A stretch of 64,000 nt of DNA from an uncultured archaeon (GTDB taxonomy: Archaea; Thermoproteota; EX4484-205; JAAOZP01), in contig CALIBN010000008.1 of the NCBI GenBank assembly GCA_938045545.1, positions 32,001 to 96,000 of the forward strand, in the 5' to 3' direction. The notes below the pieces were generated by a model. That model worked only from the letters and a program-made list of their open reading frames with translations, searched no databases and was not told the DNA's origin. Both the position numbers and the translations under genes were made by a program. Shown one piece after another: positions 19,426-30,212 of this stretch (its first letter is position 1; every line of letters starts with the position of its first letter).

Positions 19426-19797
19426 TTAAAAATCTTGTTCTCGGGCAATGAAAGATATTTTCTCAATTCTTCCAGCATTCGGATTAATATTCACATTCAC
19501 CACCACTTCTTTTTCTGCATAGTAAAAATATGCTTTGAAGTATCGGCTTGTTTCATCGAAAGGGTATTTCTCCGTCATGACCAGGACTACCTGGAATTCG
19601 TATTCTATAGGTCTACTTGTAAGCCTGTTCCTACTTAATACCTGCACGATTCTCTGCCCCAGCTCGCTCGTCGCGTTAATAATCGAGACCCTTACATATG
19701 TACTTGGTAATATCCAAATATTTGACGCGTTATTCTTTAACCATGCTTCACCCATACTGTAAGTATATCCTGGATCATACGGGCTTTTTAGTTCCAA
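19426..19797 (-). pseudogene. Probable fragment of a degraded hypothetical gene in an AT-rich segment
   Basis: 123-aa ORF without a convincing start; upstream 19800-20030 has stop-riddled frames. Confidence 0.35.
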
Positions 19798-20530
19798 CTA
19801 TCGTACTTACAATAAACCCATCACCATATTTATAAATATATGTGCAAACTCTATCAGTCTTATTCCCTCCCTGAGGAATAACTGCAGCTCCCTTGACGCG
19901 TTAGAATTAGACACCAACTTATAGGTTTCTTTAAGAGTTAAGAGCATGATGCTTCAATCCCATCAACCAGCAGTTCTATTAGGAGAAAACAAAGCTGAGA
20001 ATATTATGCGGCGAATATGATTCACGTTTACTACCTACTCTGTACGAGTATCACGAATAGTTAAAAAAGCTGAATGTTGAACACGAATTCGTCATGGTAA
20101 AGGAAACGGGACATGATTATCGAGAAATATTTGAGGGCTATGGGCAAGGTGTTTTCACATTCTGGACCAACCCTTTAGAGACTTGAGGTAATAACTTAAA
20201 GTATTGCGCGCCAAACCGAGTATTTTCAATCCTCCGTGCAGATTGCTCTTAAGAAACCCGAATCGGTACATGACATGGTTGTCGGCGAGGACCGTATGCC
20301 TGCAAAGGTGCTCTAGCATGGACGTGAGCAAGAAGCGAAAATACAATACCTTCCCGATGCAAAACAGTGAAGCAGGTTCAGGGTAAGTGGGTCGATGAAT
20401 TTCAGGCATTTGAGAAAAGATCAGATGCACCATATATAGATGGGGGGCTGGACTAAAGAATCCCTGAACATTCACCTTAGACTCGATTAATCTAAGGCTG
20501 TTGAAGCCTTCGCGGTTTCTGAGCTAGTTG

Positions 20531-22258
20531 TTAACCCAGTGTCCCGAAGGGAAATACGCCTGCTGAAACCCAGGCGAACAGGAGCGCGTTAAAAACTGTG
20601 CCCGTGCCTATGGATGAGGTAAGCCGGTGAAACCACCATGAGCAAGCTGTTGAGATGATGAACAGTACTGTTATGAGTGGAAGGAACTCTATCAGGAAGC
20701 CGAGGAAAGAGGTGAGCGGCTTAAATTCGAACAGGAACATCGGGATGTACTGTATTCCCATTACGAGAATGTAGGGTGTAATCTTGATCCCGATGGTTCT
20801 ACCCATCTCTAAGGCTTCCGGGAGAAACCCGTTTTTCCCACCTCCCCTACGCAGAACATGGAGGTAAATTCCTTCTACGTAAAAGAAGACTAGGAAGAAC
20901 GGTATGAAGGTCAGAAACAGGGTGATTCTCGCCGGAATTCTGAGAACTTTGAAAATAGGCACGAAAATCCAGAGGTTCACGCCTAAAAATAGATCTATAA
21001 GGTAAACAATGATATACAGCATGAGGAACAGGCTTATCGCGACACAGGTCTCCCTCCATGTGAAGGATTCAGATGCCAGTCTCCTAATTCTCAGCCTAAC
21101 ACCTGAGAACCTAGGCATGACGAGCAGGATGAGGAAAACACCGGCTATAGCAACCATGAGCAGCCACCAGGCGATAGACGAGCCGAATAAAACCGGTGGG
21201 AAGGATAGGCTGAAGCCCAGTATGAATGTTGGTAGGAGCAGCACTATGCTCAGGGCCCCCCAAATAACCATAATCTTCCAGTCCTTAAGAGAACCATGCT
21301 TCATACTACTCTTATTCGAAGGCTTGCGCAGCAAGATTAGCAGGGAAACCGGGAATGTTAAACCCACCAGTGAGAAAACGCTCAGGAGCATCATTGTTTC
21401 ACGGTAGGGGTATGTTAAGCCTTCTTCCAGCCGCCTGATTTGGCTGGTTTCGCCAGGCCTGAGAGCGCTGCCCATCCAGACGACTGTTTCGGAAACAATG
21501 GTCGGGTCAAGGGGTTCAAGCAGATGAGTTGTAGCCGGTGCTACTAGTTTCCTCGCAGTCCCAGAGTTGAAATCGCCGTATAGTCTTCCAGGAGAAACCT
21601 CCTGAACCCCGAAAACCGGGGGTAGCCATTCCTCAGTAACTTGGTCAAGGTTGAAAAGCACGTCCTCCCTACCTATGGCTACCAGCAGGTTCTTTGGGAA
21701 AGTAGTGTTGAGAACCCCGTATTCCAACGGGCTGGAAGCCATTCCGCCTAAGCCTCCCGCTATGAGCACGGTTGCTTTAACCCGCCGGTGTGCGGCGGCA
21801 GCAGCCCTGACCGCCCCAGCCCCCAAGCTGTGCCCAACTAGGCCGAGTGAAGAAGCGTTAACATACGGCAGCGTTTCAACGTATCTTAAGGCTGCAAGAG
21901 CACCGAGGCTGGGATCCTTAGTTGCGCCGAGCCGCCCGCCGGAATCACCATGACCCACAACGTCTATCGATAAAGCGACGAAACCCCTTCTAGCGAGCTC
22001 CAAAGCTATGCTGCTCATGGATTCTTTAGCACTACTAATACCGTGCACAAGGACTACGGCCGGCAAAGGGTTTTCCTCAGCGGCTTCACGCGGACGATAC
22101 AGTACCCCGCTTATGTAATGTTCGCCGTCCGGTATTTTAACGGTTTTTACTTCAAGCCTTCCAAAGTCATTGTTTATGATGAACGCGGCAGCTGTTCCAG
22201 TAAGGAAAACAACGGCTAAAGCAATCAACGCCAAACAGCCTGTTCTTGCTGGTCCCAT
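20531..22258 (-). CDS. Alpha/beta hydrolase with N-terminal signal/TM and multi-pass C-terminal membrane domain
   Basis: PAVVLVHG, GHGDS, nucleophile elbow GHSLG, candidate Asp (EDVL) and His (TTHLLE); about 8 C-terminal TM helices. Confidence 0.88.
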   Translation of the reverse strand: MGPARTGCLALIALAVVFLTGTAAAFIINNDFGRLEVKTVKIPDGEHYISGVLYRPREAAEENPLPAVVLVHGISSAKESMSSIALELARRGFVALSIDVVGHGDSGGRLGATKDPSLGALAALRYVETLPYVNASSLGLVGHSLGAGAVRAAAAAHRRVKATVLIAGGLGGMASSPLEYGVLNTTFPKNLLVAIGREDVLFNLDQVTEEWLPPVFGVQEVSPGRLYGDFNSGTARKLVAPATTHLLEPLDPTIVSETVVWMGSALRPGETSQIRRLEEGLTYPYRETMMLLSVFSLVGLTFPVSLLILLRKPSNKSSMKHGSLKDWKIMVIWGALSIVLLLPTFILGFSLSFPPVLFGSSIAWWLLMVAIAGVFLILLVMPRFSGVRLRIRRLASESFTWRETCVAISLFLMLYIIVYLIDLFLGVNLWIFVPIFKVLRIPARITLFLTFIPFFLVFFYVEGIYLHVLRRGGGKNGFLPEALEMGRTIGIKITPYILVMGIQYIPMFLFEFKPLTSFLGFLIEFLPLITVLFIISTACSWWFHRLTSSIGTGTVFNALLFAWVSAGVFPFGTLG

Positions 22259-23001
22259 GCGTATTCGTGTTTCCCCTTAAGCCTATATATCTGTTTTCTC
22301 CACACCCCAAGTATTGTTCAACTTTTCATGGGTGCATCAAACCATTTCTGCTTAAGACTGATTTCGCCTTTTTGCCTATGTTCTCCATACTTAAATCCTT
22401 ATATGTATTATCGGGGGCAGAATTAGAAGTAAGGGTGTAGAAAGAAGGTCGGTCGAAAGGAAATTAAAAGCTTCTTTTAATGGTACCAGTGCTTTCGAGC
22501 AAAAGAACTGCCGGCTGAGTAAGAGATGGAACGGATGTGACGGCACCGGTAAATTTAAACTAATAGTTGGAGAAGCCTCCAGGGGGAATACAGGCTTTAC
22601 AAGACTATCTGAAATCTAAAGGTTACGGCATGCGGGTTGACAATAGTGGATGATAGCGGTGAACCTTGAGCGGTTAAAGAGGGTGGAAACCGCTTACCTG
22701 CATGAGTGTTCAGCAAAACCAGTACTGCTAGAGCAGGCGTGCTTGATATAAAGGACTCATGATCCTTTCTATTTCGCGAAAGAACATTACAGGGATAGAG
22801 GGCAGCTGGGTGAAGACGCTGTAGTTTCCAGACAAAGAACATTTGCAGGATGGGTTGTACGTCTTCCTTTCACACTGCTCTGGCCGCGTGCGGGTTACCT
22901 ACACAGAATATGTGAAACCTTAACCATAATGGAATCAGGGGAAAGCATGAATAAATGTTTTGCAAGATAAAAATATTTGTTCTCTAAAGGGTTTCATTCC
23001 G

Positions 23002-23490
23002 TCAGCCCTCCGGCGTCCTTGTTTTTCTTTCAACGGCTGTTTTAGCTAGAGTCTCTCCAAGCCTCTTCAACTCAGACAAGTCCTTTTCAAAAGGAGCCCC
23101 ATCTCCCTAAGACCCCAGACAACGCCTCCAGTAGCCTTCTCCATTTTGAAAAGCTGGGAAAATCCTCTTTGTGCTCAGCAGCGCTGAGTCGCTTGAACTA
23201 CCTGCGCATGTGAATGCTGCCGCCGGTTTCCCCGCGATCTTCTCCCTTACGCTTCAGGCTCTGTCGAAGAAATCCTTCAACAATCCCGCCATGTAGCCGA
23301 AATAGTTGGGTGAGCCGAATGCTACAGCGTCGCACGATATAGGGTCTTCAACAGTAGCGTAGTCTACGCGTTCCAGCTCAGCGGTGGCTCCTTCAACCTT
23401 CTCCACGCCCTGGGCAACCGCCTTAGCTAAGGCTTAAACGTTCTCTTCTCGAGAATAGTAAAGTATTAAAACTCTAACCTGTTCCCAAGC
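23002..23490 (-). pseudogene. Flavodoxin-like (WrbA/NAD(P)H:quinone oxidoreductase) pseudogene
   Basis: Hand translation: VRVLILYYSREENV*ALAKAVAQG..CDAVAFGSPNYFGYMAGLLKDFFDRA*SVREKIAGKPAAAFT; in-frame stops at about 23434 and 23254, then frameshifts to ELKRLGETLA. Confidence 0.85.
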
Positions 23491-23611
23491 CTCCTGCTGT
23501 TAACCCTCCCCTAATAAAAATATTTTACTGTGAAAGCGTCTATGCTGAACTTTTGGATTGCCAGAACTATGGAAATAAAGGTTAAAAAGGCGGCTGAAGA
23601 AGTTTTTTATC

Positions 23612-24784
23612 ATGGAAAACTTCCAGTTTCAATGTCCCACTAGAATCGTTTTCGGCAGGGGTGTTGAAAACCTGGTTGGGGAAGAGGTGAAGAAATACAG
23701 CGATAAGGTTCTTTTCCACTATGGTGGTGGAAGCATAAAGAGAATAGGTCTCTACGACAGGGTTGTCGAATCCTTGAAGAGTGCAGGCGTCAGGTTTATC
23801 GAGCTTCCGGGTGTTAAGCCTAATCCCCGTTTAAGCCTTGTTAGAAAGGGAATAGAGGTCTGCAGGAGTAGTGGTGTAGACTTCATACTGGCGGTTGGGG
23901 GCGGGAGCGTCATAGACTCTGCTAAAGCCATAAGCGTGGGCGTCCCGTATAAGGGTGACGTGTGGGATTTCTACGTTGACAGGGCTGAGCCAGCGGAGGC
24001 TTTGCCCGTCGGGGTGGTTTTAACTATACCGGGGGCGGGTAGCGAGGCGAGCAGCAGCTCCGTTATTACGAACGAGGAGGATTGGCGTAAGCTTTCACTA
24101 ACAACCGAGCTCTTACGCCCCAGGTTCGCGTTGATGAATCCTGAGGTTACTTTTTCAGTGCCACCCTACCATACTGCTTGCGGAGCAGCCGACATAATGT
24201 CTCACGTCATGGAGCGGTACTTCACCAATGTGCGGCATGCTGATCTGACGGATAGGCTTTGTGAAGCTACTTTAAAAACAATGATCAGGAATGTTCCAAT
24301 CGCCTTAAGGGAGCCTGAGAACTATGATGCTCGGGCTGAAATAATGTGGGCCAGCACTGTTGCGCACAACGATCTTCTTGGAACAGGCCGGATAGGGGAT
24401 TGGGCTACGCACGTAATAGAGCATGAGCTCAGCGGCCTATACGACGTGCCGCACGGCGCTGGGCTGGCAGTATTGTTTCCAAGCTGGATGAGACACGTGT
24501 ATAAGCATCGCGTAGACATATTCGTGCAGTTCGCCGTTAGAGTCTGGGGTGTTGAGCCTGATTTCCAGGATCCTGAGAAAACAGCTCTTGAAGGCATAGA
24601 GATGCTGAAATCTTTCTTCAAGCGGATAGGGCTTCCGACGACGCTCAGGGAACTGGGTGTTCCTGAAGACAGGTTGGAGGAGATGGCGCTCCGGTGCACC
24701 GACTCAGGCCGCTCTAAAATAGGAAGCTTCGTAAAGCTGGGTAGGGAGGATGTCCTGAGTATTCTGAGAAACGCCAGAGGATAA
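23612..24784 (+). CDS. Iron-containing alcohol dehydrogenase (BdhA/butanol dehydrogenase type)
   Basis: GGGSIKRIG, NPRL, AVGGGSVIDSAKAI, DIMSHVMERY, HVIEHELS, HGAGLA. Confidence 0.95.
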   Translation: MENFQFQCPTRIVFGRGVENLVGEEVKKYSDKVLFHYGGGSIKRIGLYDRVVESLKSAGVRFIELPGVKPNPRLSLVRKGIEVCRSSGVDFILAVGGGSVIDSAKAISVGVPYKGDVWDFYVDRAEPAEALPVGVVLTIPGAGSEASSSSVITNEEDWRKLSLTTELLRPRFALMNPEVTFSVPPYHTACGAADIMSHVMERYFTNVRHADLTDRLCEATLKTMIRNVPIALREPENYDARAEIMWASTVAHNDLLGTGRIGDWATHVIEHELSGLYDVPHGAGLAVLFPSWMRHVYKHRVDIFVQFAVRVWGVEPDFQDPEKTALEGIEMLKSFFKRIGLPTTLRELGVPEDRLEEMALRCTDSGRSKIGSFVKLGREDVLSILRNARG

Positions 24785-24789
24785 TTCGA

Positions 24790-26004
24790 CTAACGTTTCC
24801 TCTTTAAGAGCCCGTTCGCCCTGTCGATTGGATCCTGGTACTTTGAAATCCTCCCGTTGAGAACATCCTTATACCTTACGGCTGCACGTAGCTTAGCCGA
24901 CTCATATATGGCTTCGGCTATTGCCTTGGCCCTCATCCCGTCTTCGCCGTCAACCTCAGGCCTCCTCCTTTTCTGAACGGCTTCGAGAAAATCGTAGCAC
25001 TCTAAAGTAATCCCGTCGGTAAAACCATGTGGAAAAAGCCTGTTCCTACCCTCCTCGCCTATACTCCTAAGGAATTCTTCTCGAAGCTCAGGCATGGTGC
25101 GCTGTGATCCATCTTTTAGAATGAGCACCGCATTATCGAAGGGACCGTGGAAGACATCGCCCGAGTCTAGGAGACACCCCTCAGACCCATAGTAAACAAC
25201 CTTCGTGAAAGAATGGCCCGGCGCGGCCATCGTCCAGCTCCATGTTCCGACGAGACCGTTTTCAAAGCTTATTAGCGCAACCCAGCTGTCCTCCACTTCG
25301 CTGTAAACGGTTTCCCCATTCTTATCATGAGGCCATTTTTCAAACTGTCCTACGAAAGCGTAAACCCTATCGACCTCTCCGAAGAAGTACCTCATCGAAT
25401 CGCAGAAATGTGCCCCACTATCCAGAACCAGGCCTCCCCCGCTCAGGTTCTTCTCAATCCTCCAATGCCACCTCCTAGGCTTCAACGGGTCGTTCCAGGA
25501 AGCGTGGATCGCGTAGAACATTCTTGGCTTGCCGATCAGCTTAGCCTCGTTAATCAGCCAGTGCATAGTCCTCTGGTTCACACCGCGGCGTATGTTCTCC
25601 GCAGTCGCAACAATCCTACCGTGTTTCTTCCCTGCAGCTATTATCATCTTGCTAGCCCTCAGCGTCACCCCTAGAGGTTTCTCAACCATAATGTCCGCCC
25701 CAGACCTGATGCATTCCAAAGCAACCCTATGGTGTTCAGAATGCGGTGTACATATGTCGACTGCCCCAGGCTTAGCCTTCCCCAGCATTTCCCTAATGTC
25801 TAGGAAAACAGGGGGCCTGTAGCCCAGCAGTTTCTCAGCCTCATCTGCAAAGGCTTCAGCAGACTCTTTCGAGACATCGTTTAAGGCGACAAGCCTGAGT
25901 TTCCCTGGTTCTTTCTCGTTGATCCTCGCATAAGCCGTAAGGTGTGCACGGGCTATTCCTCCGCAACCAGCTATTGCGAGTTTAACCTTCCTGCTTTCTC
26001 CCAT
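24790..26004 (-). CDS. Gfo/Idh/MocA family oxidoreductase
   Basis: AGCGGIA, CTPHSEH, VEKPL, SGGGLVLDSGAHFCD. Confidence 0.92.
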   Translation of the reverse strand: MGESRKVKLAIAGCGGIARAHLTAYARINEKEPGKLRLVALNDVSKESAEAFADEAEKLLGYRPPVFLDIREMLGKAKPGAVDICTPHSEHHRVALECIRSGADIMVEKPLGVTLRASKMIIAAGKKHGRIVATAENIRRGVNQRTMHWLINEAKLIGKPRMFYAIHASWNDPLKPRRWHWRIEKNLSGGGLVLDSGAHFCDSMRYFFGEVDRVYAFVGQFEKWPHDKNGETVYSEVEDSWVALISFENGLVGTWSWTMAAPGHSFTKVVYYGSEGCLLDSGDVFHGPFDNAVLILKDGSQRTMPELREEFLRSIGEEGRNRLFPHGFTDGITLECYDFLEAVQKRRRPEVDGEDGMRAKAIAEAIYESAKLRAAVRYKDVLNGRISKYQDPIDRANGLLKRKR

Positions 26005-26270
26005 GGGTCCTTGTGTTAAACGCGTCTTAAAAACATATTCATTTTTCCTTATTGTTTAAGAAATTCCCTTTAGTTTGATGATGCTGGAGTGTTTAAGCCG
26101 TTTTAACAAGCGCTAAGAGATCATTAGAGCCTTTGAAGAGTCTAGTTTCCCATGGTTTTCCTAGGCTTAGGTTTATCGCACCCGCTGTGCCCATAGGAGC
26201 CAGCCACCAGAAGTCCCGTTTAAAAAGGTTTTCTAAACAGCCGTAACCTTAATATTCTCCCTTTTAGCGG

Positions 26271-26705
26271 ATGGGGATACTGAAAGTAAGGTCTAGAGAA
26301 AAAATGGACACGATAGTGTTTAGAGAGGTCGATTCGCTCGGCAGATATTATGAGGAGGCTCTTAAGAATGTTGAAACCAGTAAAAACGTTAAGACCGGTG
26401 GGGCTCTCGTCACCTTCCCAGATAAAGAGCGGAAGGTTTGCGAGCTTTCAGCAACCTACCTGGTGAAGCTGGGCAGGTTTTCAAAGGAGCAGAGAGTGGT
26501 GGTTACTCTAACGTTCAATAGGGATGCTAGTGGGGTTTACGTGGCGAAAATCGATGACTCCGTTTTCCACGTGGTTCAGGAGGAAAAGGGGGGTCTGAAA
26601 GAGGTTTGGAGTGGAAGGCTTGCGGAAGCAATGGATAAGCTGGGGGACGTGGCTAGGATTCATGTAAACGTAATGTCCAATCTCTCCCGTAAGTCTTCAT
26701 CCTGA
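26271..26705 (+). CDS. Hypothetical protein
   Basis: 144-aa ORF (may start at ATG 26304) with normal codon usage and an upstream TATA-like CTTAATA. Confidence 0.7.
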   Translation: MGILKVRSREKMDTIVFREVDSLGRYYEEALKNVETSKNVKTGGALVTFPDKERKVCELSATYLVKLGRFSKEQRVVVTLTFNRDASGVYVAKIDDSVFHVVQEEKGGLKEVWSGRLAEAMDKLGDVARIHVNVMSNLSRKSSS

Positions 26706-26799
26706 TTGAAACATTAATTTGCAGCATGCAGTAGGCCAGCCTCCTCGTTTAGACTTGGAGAGGCCTATCGTTTTTTGATTTAACGCTAGTGCGAAGCGT

Positions 26800-27222
26800 C
26801 TATGAAAACCTGTCTTTAAGAGACACTATTTTCCTAAAAAGTTCTTCCTCACCATGGCAGTCGGCGGTAAGCTTTTCAAACGGGCAAACGTCATTCCTTT
26901 TTCTGTTCAGGATTTCAGGGACCAGTTCTTCATATTCAACCCTTACGTCTTTCTCTCTCAAAGCTTCTAAACCTTTCCTACTTACTACTTCAGCATATAC
27001 TTCAGCAATATTGGCATACAGGCAGAGCATCGCCGCTGCCCTGCCAACGACCCTGTCGGCCACAGCCGCCCCGGATAGTTCCGAACCATAGTTTTCAATG
27101 GCTTCAACAAGCCCTATGACACCGTACTTCCTAGTAGCGTGAAAAAGCGTTCCGGGTTTAACTATAACTAGGCTAAAACCATGGTCTTTCAGCATTCTCC
27201 TAGCTGTCTCTAGACCCTTCAT
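26800..27222 (-). CDS. DUF1893 (TM1506-like) protein
   Basis: VADRVVGRAAAML, ILNRKRNDVCPFEKL. Confidence 0.9.
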   Translation of the reverse strand: MKGLETARRMLKDHGFSLVIVKPGTLFHATRKYGVIGLVEAIENYGSELSGAAVADRVVGRAAAMLCLYANIAEVYAEVVSRKGLEALREKDVRVEYEELVPEILNRKRNDVCPFEKLTADCHGEEELFRKIVSLKDRFS

Positions 27223-27359
27223 TTTTTCAAGTCGTATTGTTTTGTTTCAGTCTCGGTGCGATATAAGGCTGTTGTTCAACTTGTGGCCTCATGGTCGGAA
27301 AACGGTTCCAAAACGTTCTAAACAAAATTTATAAGGTTTACCCCTCTATCCGTGAAGGC

Positions 27360-28496
27360 ATGAAGTATAGGCGGTTTGGGAAGCTGAACTTGCAGGTGTC
27401 TGCGCTCGGCTTCGGATGCATGAGGCTCCCGGTAATAGGCAACGACCATTCTAAGGTTGATGAGCCTGAGGCCATCAGGATGATAAGGTACGCCATAGAC
27501 CATGGCGTCAACTACGTGGATACTGCTTACCCTTATCACGGTGGGAATGGTGAGATCGTTGTTGGAAAGGCTTTAAGAGACGGCTACAGGGAGCGGGTTA
27601 GGCTGGCAACCAAGATGCCCATCTGGAACATTAATTCTAGGGAGGATATGGATAGGATTTTTGAGGAGCAGCTTAAGAAGCTTCAGACAGAATACGTGGA
27701 TTTCTACCTTCTTCACGCGCTGAATAAAAACAGCTGGCTTAAGATTAAAAACCTGAATGTTTTCGACTGGGCTGAAAGGGTTGTTTCCGAGGATAGGATA
27801 AAGTATTTAGGTTTCAGCTTCCACGACGACTATGAGGTTTTCAAGGAGATTATAGACGCGTATGACAAGTGGGCCCTCTGCCAAATACAGTATAACTATG
27901 AGAATGAAGAGGATCAAGCCGGGACAAGAGGGTTGAAATACGCTGCTGGGAAAGGGCTTGCCGTGGTTATAATGGAGCCTCTTTTAGGAGGGGCTTTAGC
28001 CAACCCGCCTCCGGCTGTGAAGCAGATCTGGGATGAGGCTGGTAAGGATCCTGTGGAAATGGCCCTACAATGGCTTTGGAACAAGCCTGAAGTCTCAGTG
28101 GTCCTAAGCGGCATGAGCACGATGGAGCAGGTTAAGCGAAACATTGAGTTCGCCTCAAGATCGGGTGTTGGGCTGCTTACTGAGGAGGATCTTAAGCTTA
28201 TAGCTAGGGTTCACGTTAAGTATAAGGAGCTCCGCCCAATTCCATGCACGAAATGCGGCTACTGCATGCCGTGCCCGAACGGTGTGGATATACCTTGGAA
28301 CTTTGAGGTTTACAATAATGGTGTCGCCTATAACTCGATTGGCTCAGCCAGATGGACGTACAATAATATCCCTGCTGAGAAGCGGGCGAGCGCATGCGTT
28401 GGCTGCAGGAGCTGCGAGGAGAAATGCCCTCAGAGGATTCCGATCAGCGAATGGATGCAGAGGATCGATAAGGAATTAAGATTCCAGCCGCCTTGA
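27360..28496 (+). CDS. Aldo/keto reductase with C-terminal 4Fe-4S ferredoxin domain
   Basis: LGFGCMRLP, DTAYPYH, LATKMP, MEPLLGG, CTKCGYCMPCP, CVGCRSCEEKCPQ; start set at ATG 27360 downstream of TTTATAAG. Confidence 0.93.
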   Translation: MKYRRFGKLNLQVSALGFGCMRLPVIGNDHSKVDEPEAIRMIRYAIDHGVNYVDTAYPYHGGNGEIVVGKALRDGYRERVRLATKMPIWNINSREDMDRIFEEQLKKLQTEYVDFYLLHALNKNSWLKIKNLNVFDWAERVVSEDRIKYLGFSFHDDYEVFKEIIDAYDKWALCQIQYNYENEEDQAGTRGLKYAAGKGLAVVIMEPLLGGALANPPPAVKQIWDEAGKDPVEMALQWLWNKPEVSVVLSGMSTMEQVKRNIEFASRSGVGLLTEEDLKLIARVHVKYKELRPIPCTKCGYCMPCPNGVDIPWNFEVYNNGVAYNSIGSARWTYNNIPAEKRASACVGCRSCEEKCPQRIPISEWMQRIDKELRFQPP

Positions 28497-28739
28497 ACAT
28501 GACGCTTTAAAACTCTAAACCGGGGGGCCGGGTGCAGTTTATATCTTGCACAGGATTTTCTACTGCGATATGTTTATGGGTGAGGCGGCGCTTTGGGTCC
28601 CGAGGTTCTGAGAAAACTACTGGTTTTCTTATACTTCTTCAAATAGCGTTCGTGAAAAAGGGTGTTGCAGTCAGGATGCTTGAAACATTTGTCGTTAGGG
28701 ATGATGATGGAAACATCATTAGGGTTGAGCACGCGCTAG

Positions 28740-29045
28740 CATCCTGAGTATGGGTGCAGAAACTCATGCTTAACAGCACAGCCCCATTGGTTTACATGTC
28801 TGTGAACATTGATTCTTAGCATACACCGCCTTCGAAGGATTGAAAATATCTCCCTACCCGGGATCCTGGAGCGGCTTCAAGGCCTGAAGGGTCTTAGGAG
28901 TGACGTACGATATTTTCGTTAAACTTGTTTGAAAGGGTAAGAGGGTTTCGCTCAAAGTGAATGGTAAACATGTTCACAGCGACGTAGTTCCGCTTCCAAC
29001 CGAAGATGCGACGAGCATGGAAGTATGGGTCGCGCTCGAGGACAA
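28740..29045 (+). pseudogene. 3' remnant of a GH94 glycoside (cellobiose/cellodextrin) phosphorylase
   Basis: HPEYGCRNSCLT (compare GH94 ..NSWLTGTAAW), then EGLKISPYPGSWSGFKA*RVLGVTYDIFVKLV*KGKRVSLKVNGK..VVPLP; in-frame TGAs at about 28885 and 28930. Confidence 0.65.
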
Positions 29046-29121
29046 TAGTTCTGCTTACTCGGAGCCCAGTCTGTTCCAGCAAAGTTTAAATTAAAATTTA
29101 AATGGTTCAAACCTGTAAAAG

Positions 29122-30210
29122 ATGAGGAGGTTTCTTAAACTCCCCACGGATCCGATTGACGTCAATCCGGATAAAAAGATTAGTCAGCTGACTGATGAAA
29201 TGCTGTTTACAGGTTTTCAGGGTAGGAAGGTTGCTGAGGTTGTTCAAGTATGGTCGAGAATGCTTAAGAAAAGGAATATCGTAATATGGTTCGGCTTGGC
29301 CGGCGCCATGGTTCCAGCCGGGATGAGGAGGCTAATCTCATACCTGATTGAAAGGAGAATGGTCGACGTGGTTGTCTCGACTGGCGCAAACCTTTACCAC
29401 GATCTTTTTGAAGCCCTAGGCGGGAAACATTATGTTGGAACCCACCTGGTAGATGATGTCAAGTTGAGGAGGGAGAGGGTTGACAGGATTTACGACGTTT
29501 TCGCAGACGAGAACAAGTTCTACGAGACTGATCTCTGGATAGAAAAGGTTTTCGCTAGGACGCTTAGGGACGATTACCCATATTCCTCCCGTGAATTACT
29601 CTATCTTCTCGGGAAGCTTTTAAGCAAGAATGCTAAGGATAAAGACTCCATTCTTGTAAGCGCCTACAGAAGCGGCGTCCCGATATTTTGCCCCGCGTTC
29701 GGAGACAGCTCCCTGGGTTTCTCAATAATGTTCTCTAACAGGAGGGAGAGGGTTACAAGCGTCAATGGGAAGAAGGTTGTCCTTAAGAAGAAGAGGATAA
29801 TCGTCGACTACCTAAAGGATGTCGACGAGAGCTCTAGAATAACTGAGAAAGCGAAGCAGACCGGGGTGATATACATAGGTGGAGGCGTGCCCAAGAATTT
29901 TATTCAACAAACTGCCGTGATAGCGAGCTACCAGACTAGGCACGACAGAAGCCATGGTTTTGCGATACAGATCTCCACGGACGTGCCGCAGTGGGGGGGC
30001 TTATCGGGATGCACGTTCGAGGAGGGTCAAAGCTGGGGGAAAATCGGGTTCCGAGCACAGAGGGTGCAGTGCTACGCTGACGCCACCATAGTGCTTCCTC
30101 TCGTAGTTCATTCTTTAAGCGAAAAGTTCAAGAGGCTTAGAAGAGACATCCCGATTTTCGAATGGAAGGGTAGTGATTTGAAGATAACTTATGAGAGGAT
30201 GAGGCTTTGA
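29122..30210 (+). CDS. dys: Deoxyhypusine synthase
   Basis: GFQG, AGAMVPAGMR, STGANLYHD, RIYDV, IGGGVPKN, GGLSGCTFEEGQSWGK, DATIVLP. Confidence 0.93.
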   Translation: MRRFLKLPTDPIDVNPDKKISQLTDEMLFTGFQGRKVAEVVQVWSRMLKKRNIVIWFGLAGAMVPAGMRRLISYLIERRMVDVVVSTGANLYHDLFEALGGKHYVGTHLVDDVKLRRERVDRIYDVFADENKFYETDLWIEKVFARTLRDDYPYSSRELLYLLGKLLSKNAKDKDSILVSAYRSGVPIFCPAFGDSSLGFSIMFSNRRERVTSVNGKKVVLKKKRIIVDYLKDVDESSRITEKAKQTGVIYIGGGVPKNFIQQTAVIASYQTRHDRSHGFAIQISTDVPQWGGLSGCTFEEGQSWGKIGFRAQRVQCYADATIVLPLVVHSLSEKFKRLRRDIPIFEWKGSDLKITYERMRL

Positions 30211-30212
30211 CA

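Noticed and set aside
22400-23000. Coding potential in the 600-bp gap (also 20100-20500 and 58740-59130)
   Set aside because: The frames I read are interrupted and I recognised no family; probably decayed genes, but this cannot be supported.
11645-26770. Short similar intergenic strings TTAGACTGGAGTAGGC (about 11645) and TTAGACTTGGAGAGGC (about 26749)
   Set aside because: Only about 15 bp with gaps and two copies; compatible with chance.
28671-28747. 10-bp inverted repeat with ATGATGA...CTGA suggesting a C/D box sRNA
   Set aside because: No convincing C'/D' boxes, and the 3' arm overlaps the GH94 pseudogene remnant. It cannot be supported without a guide-target search.
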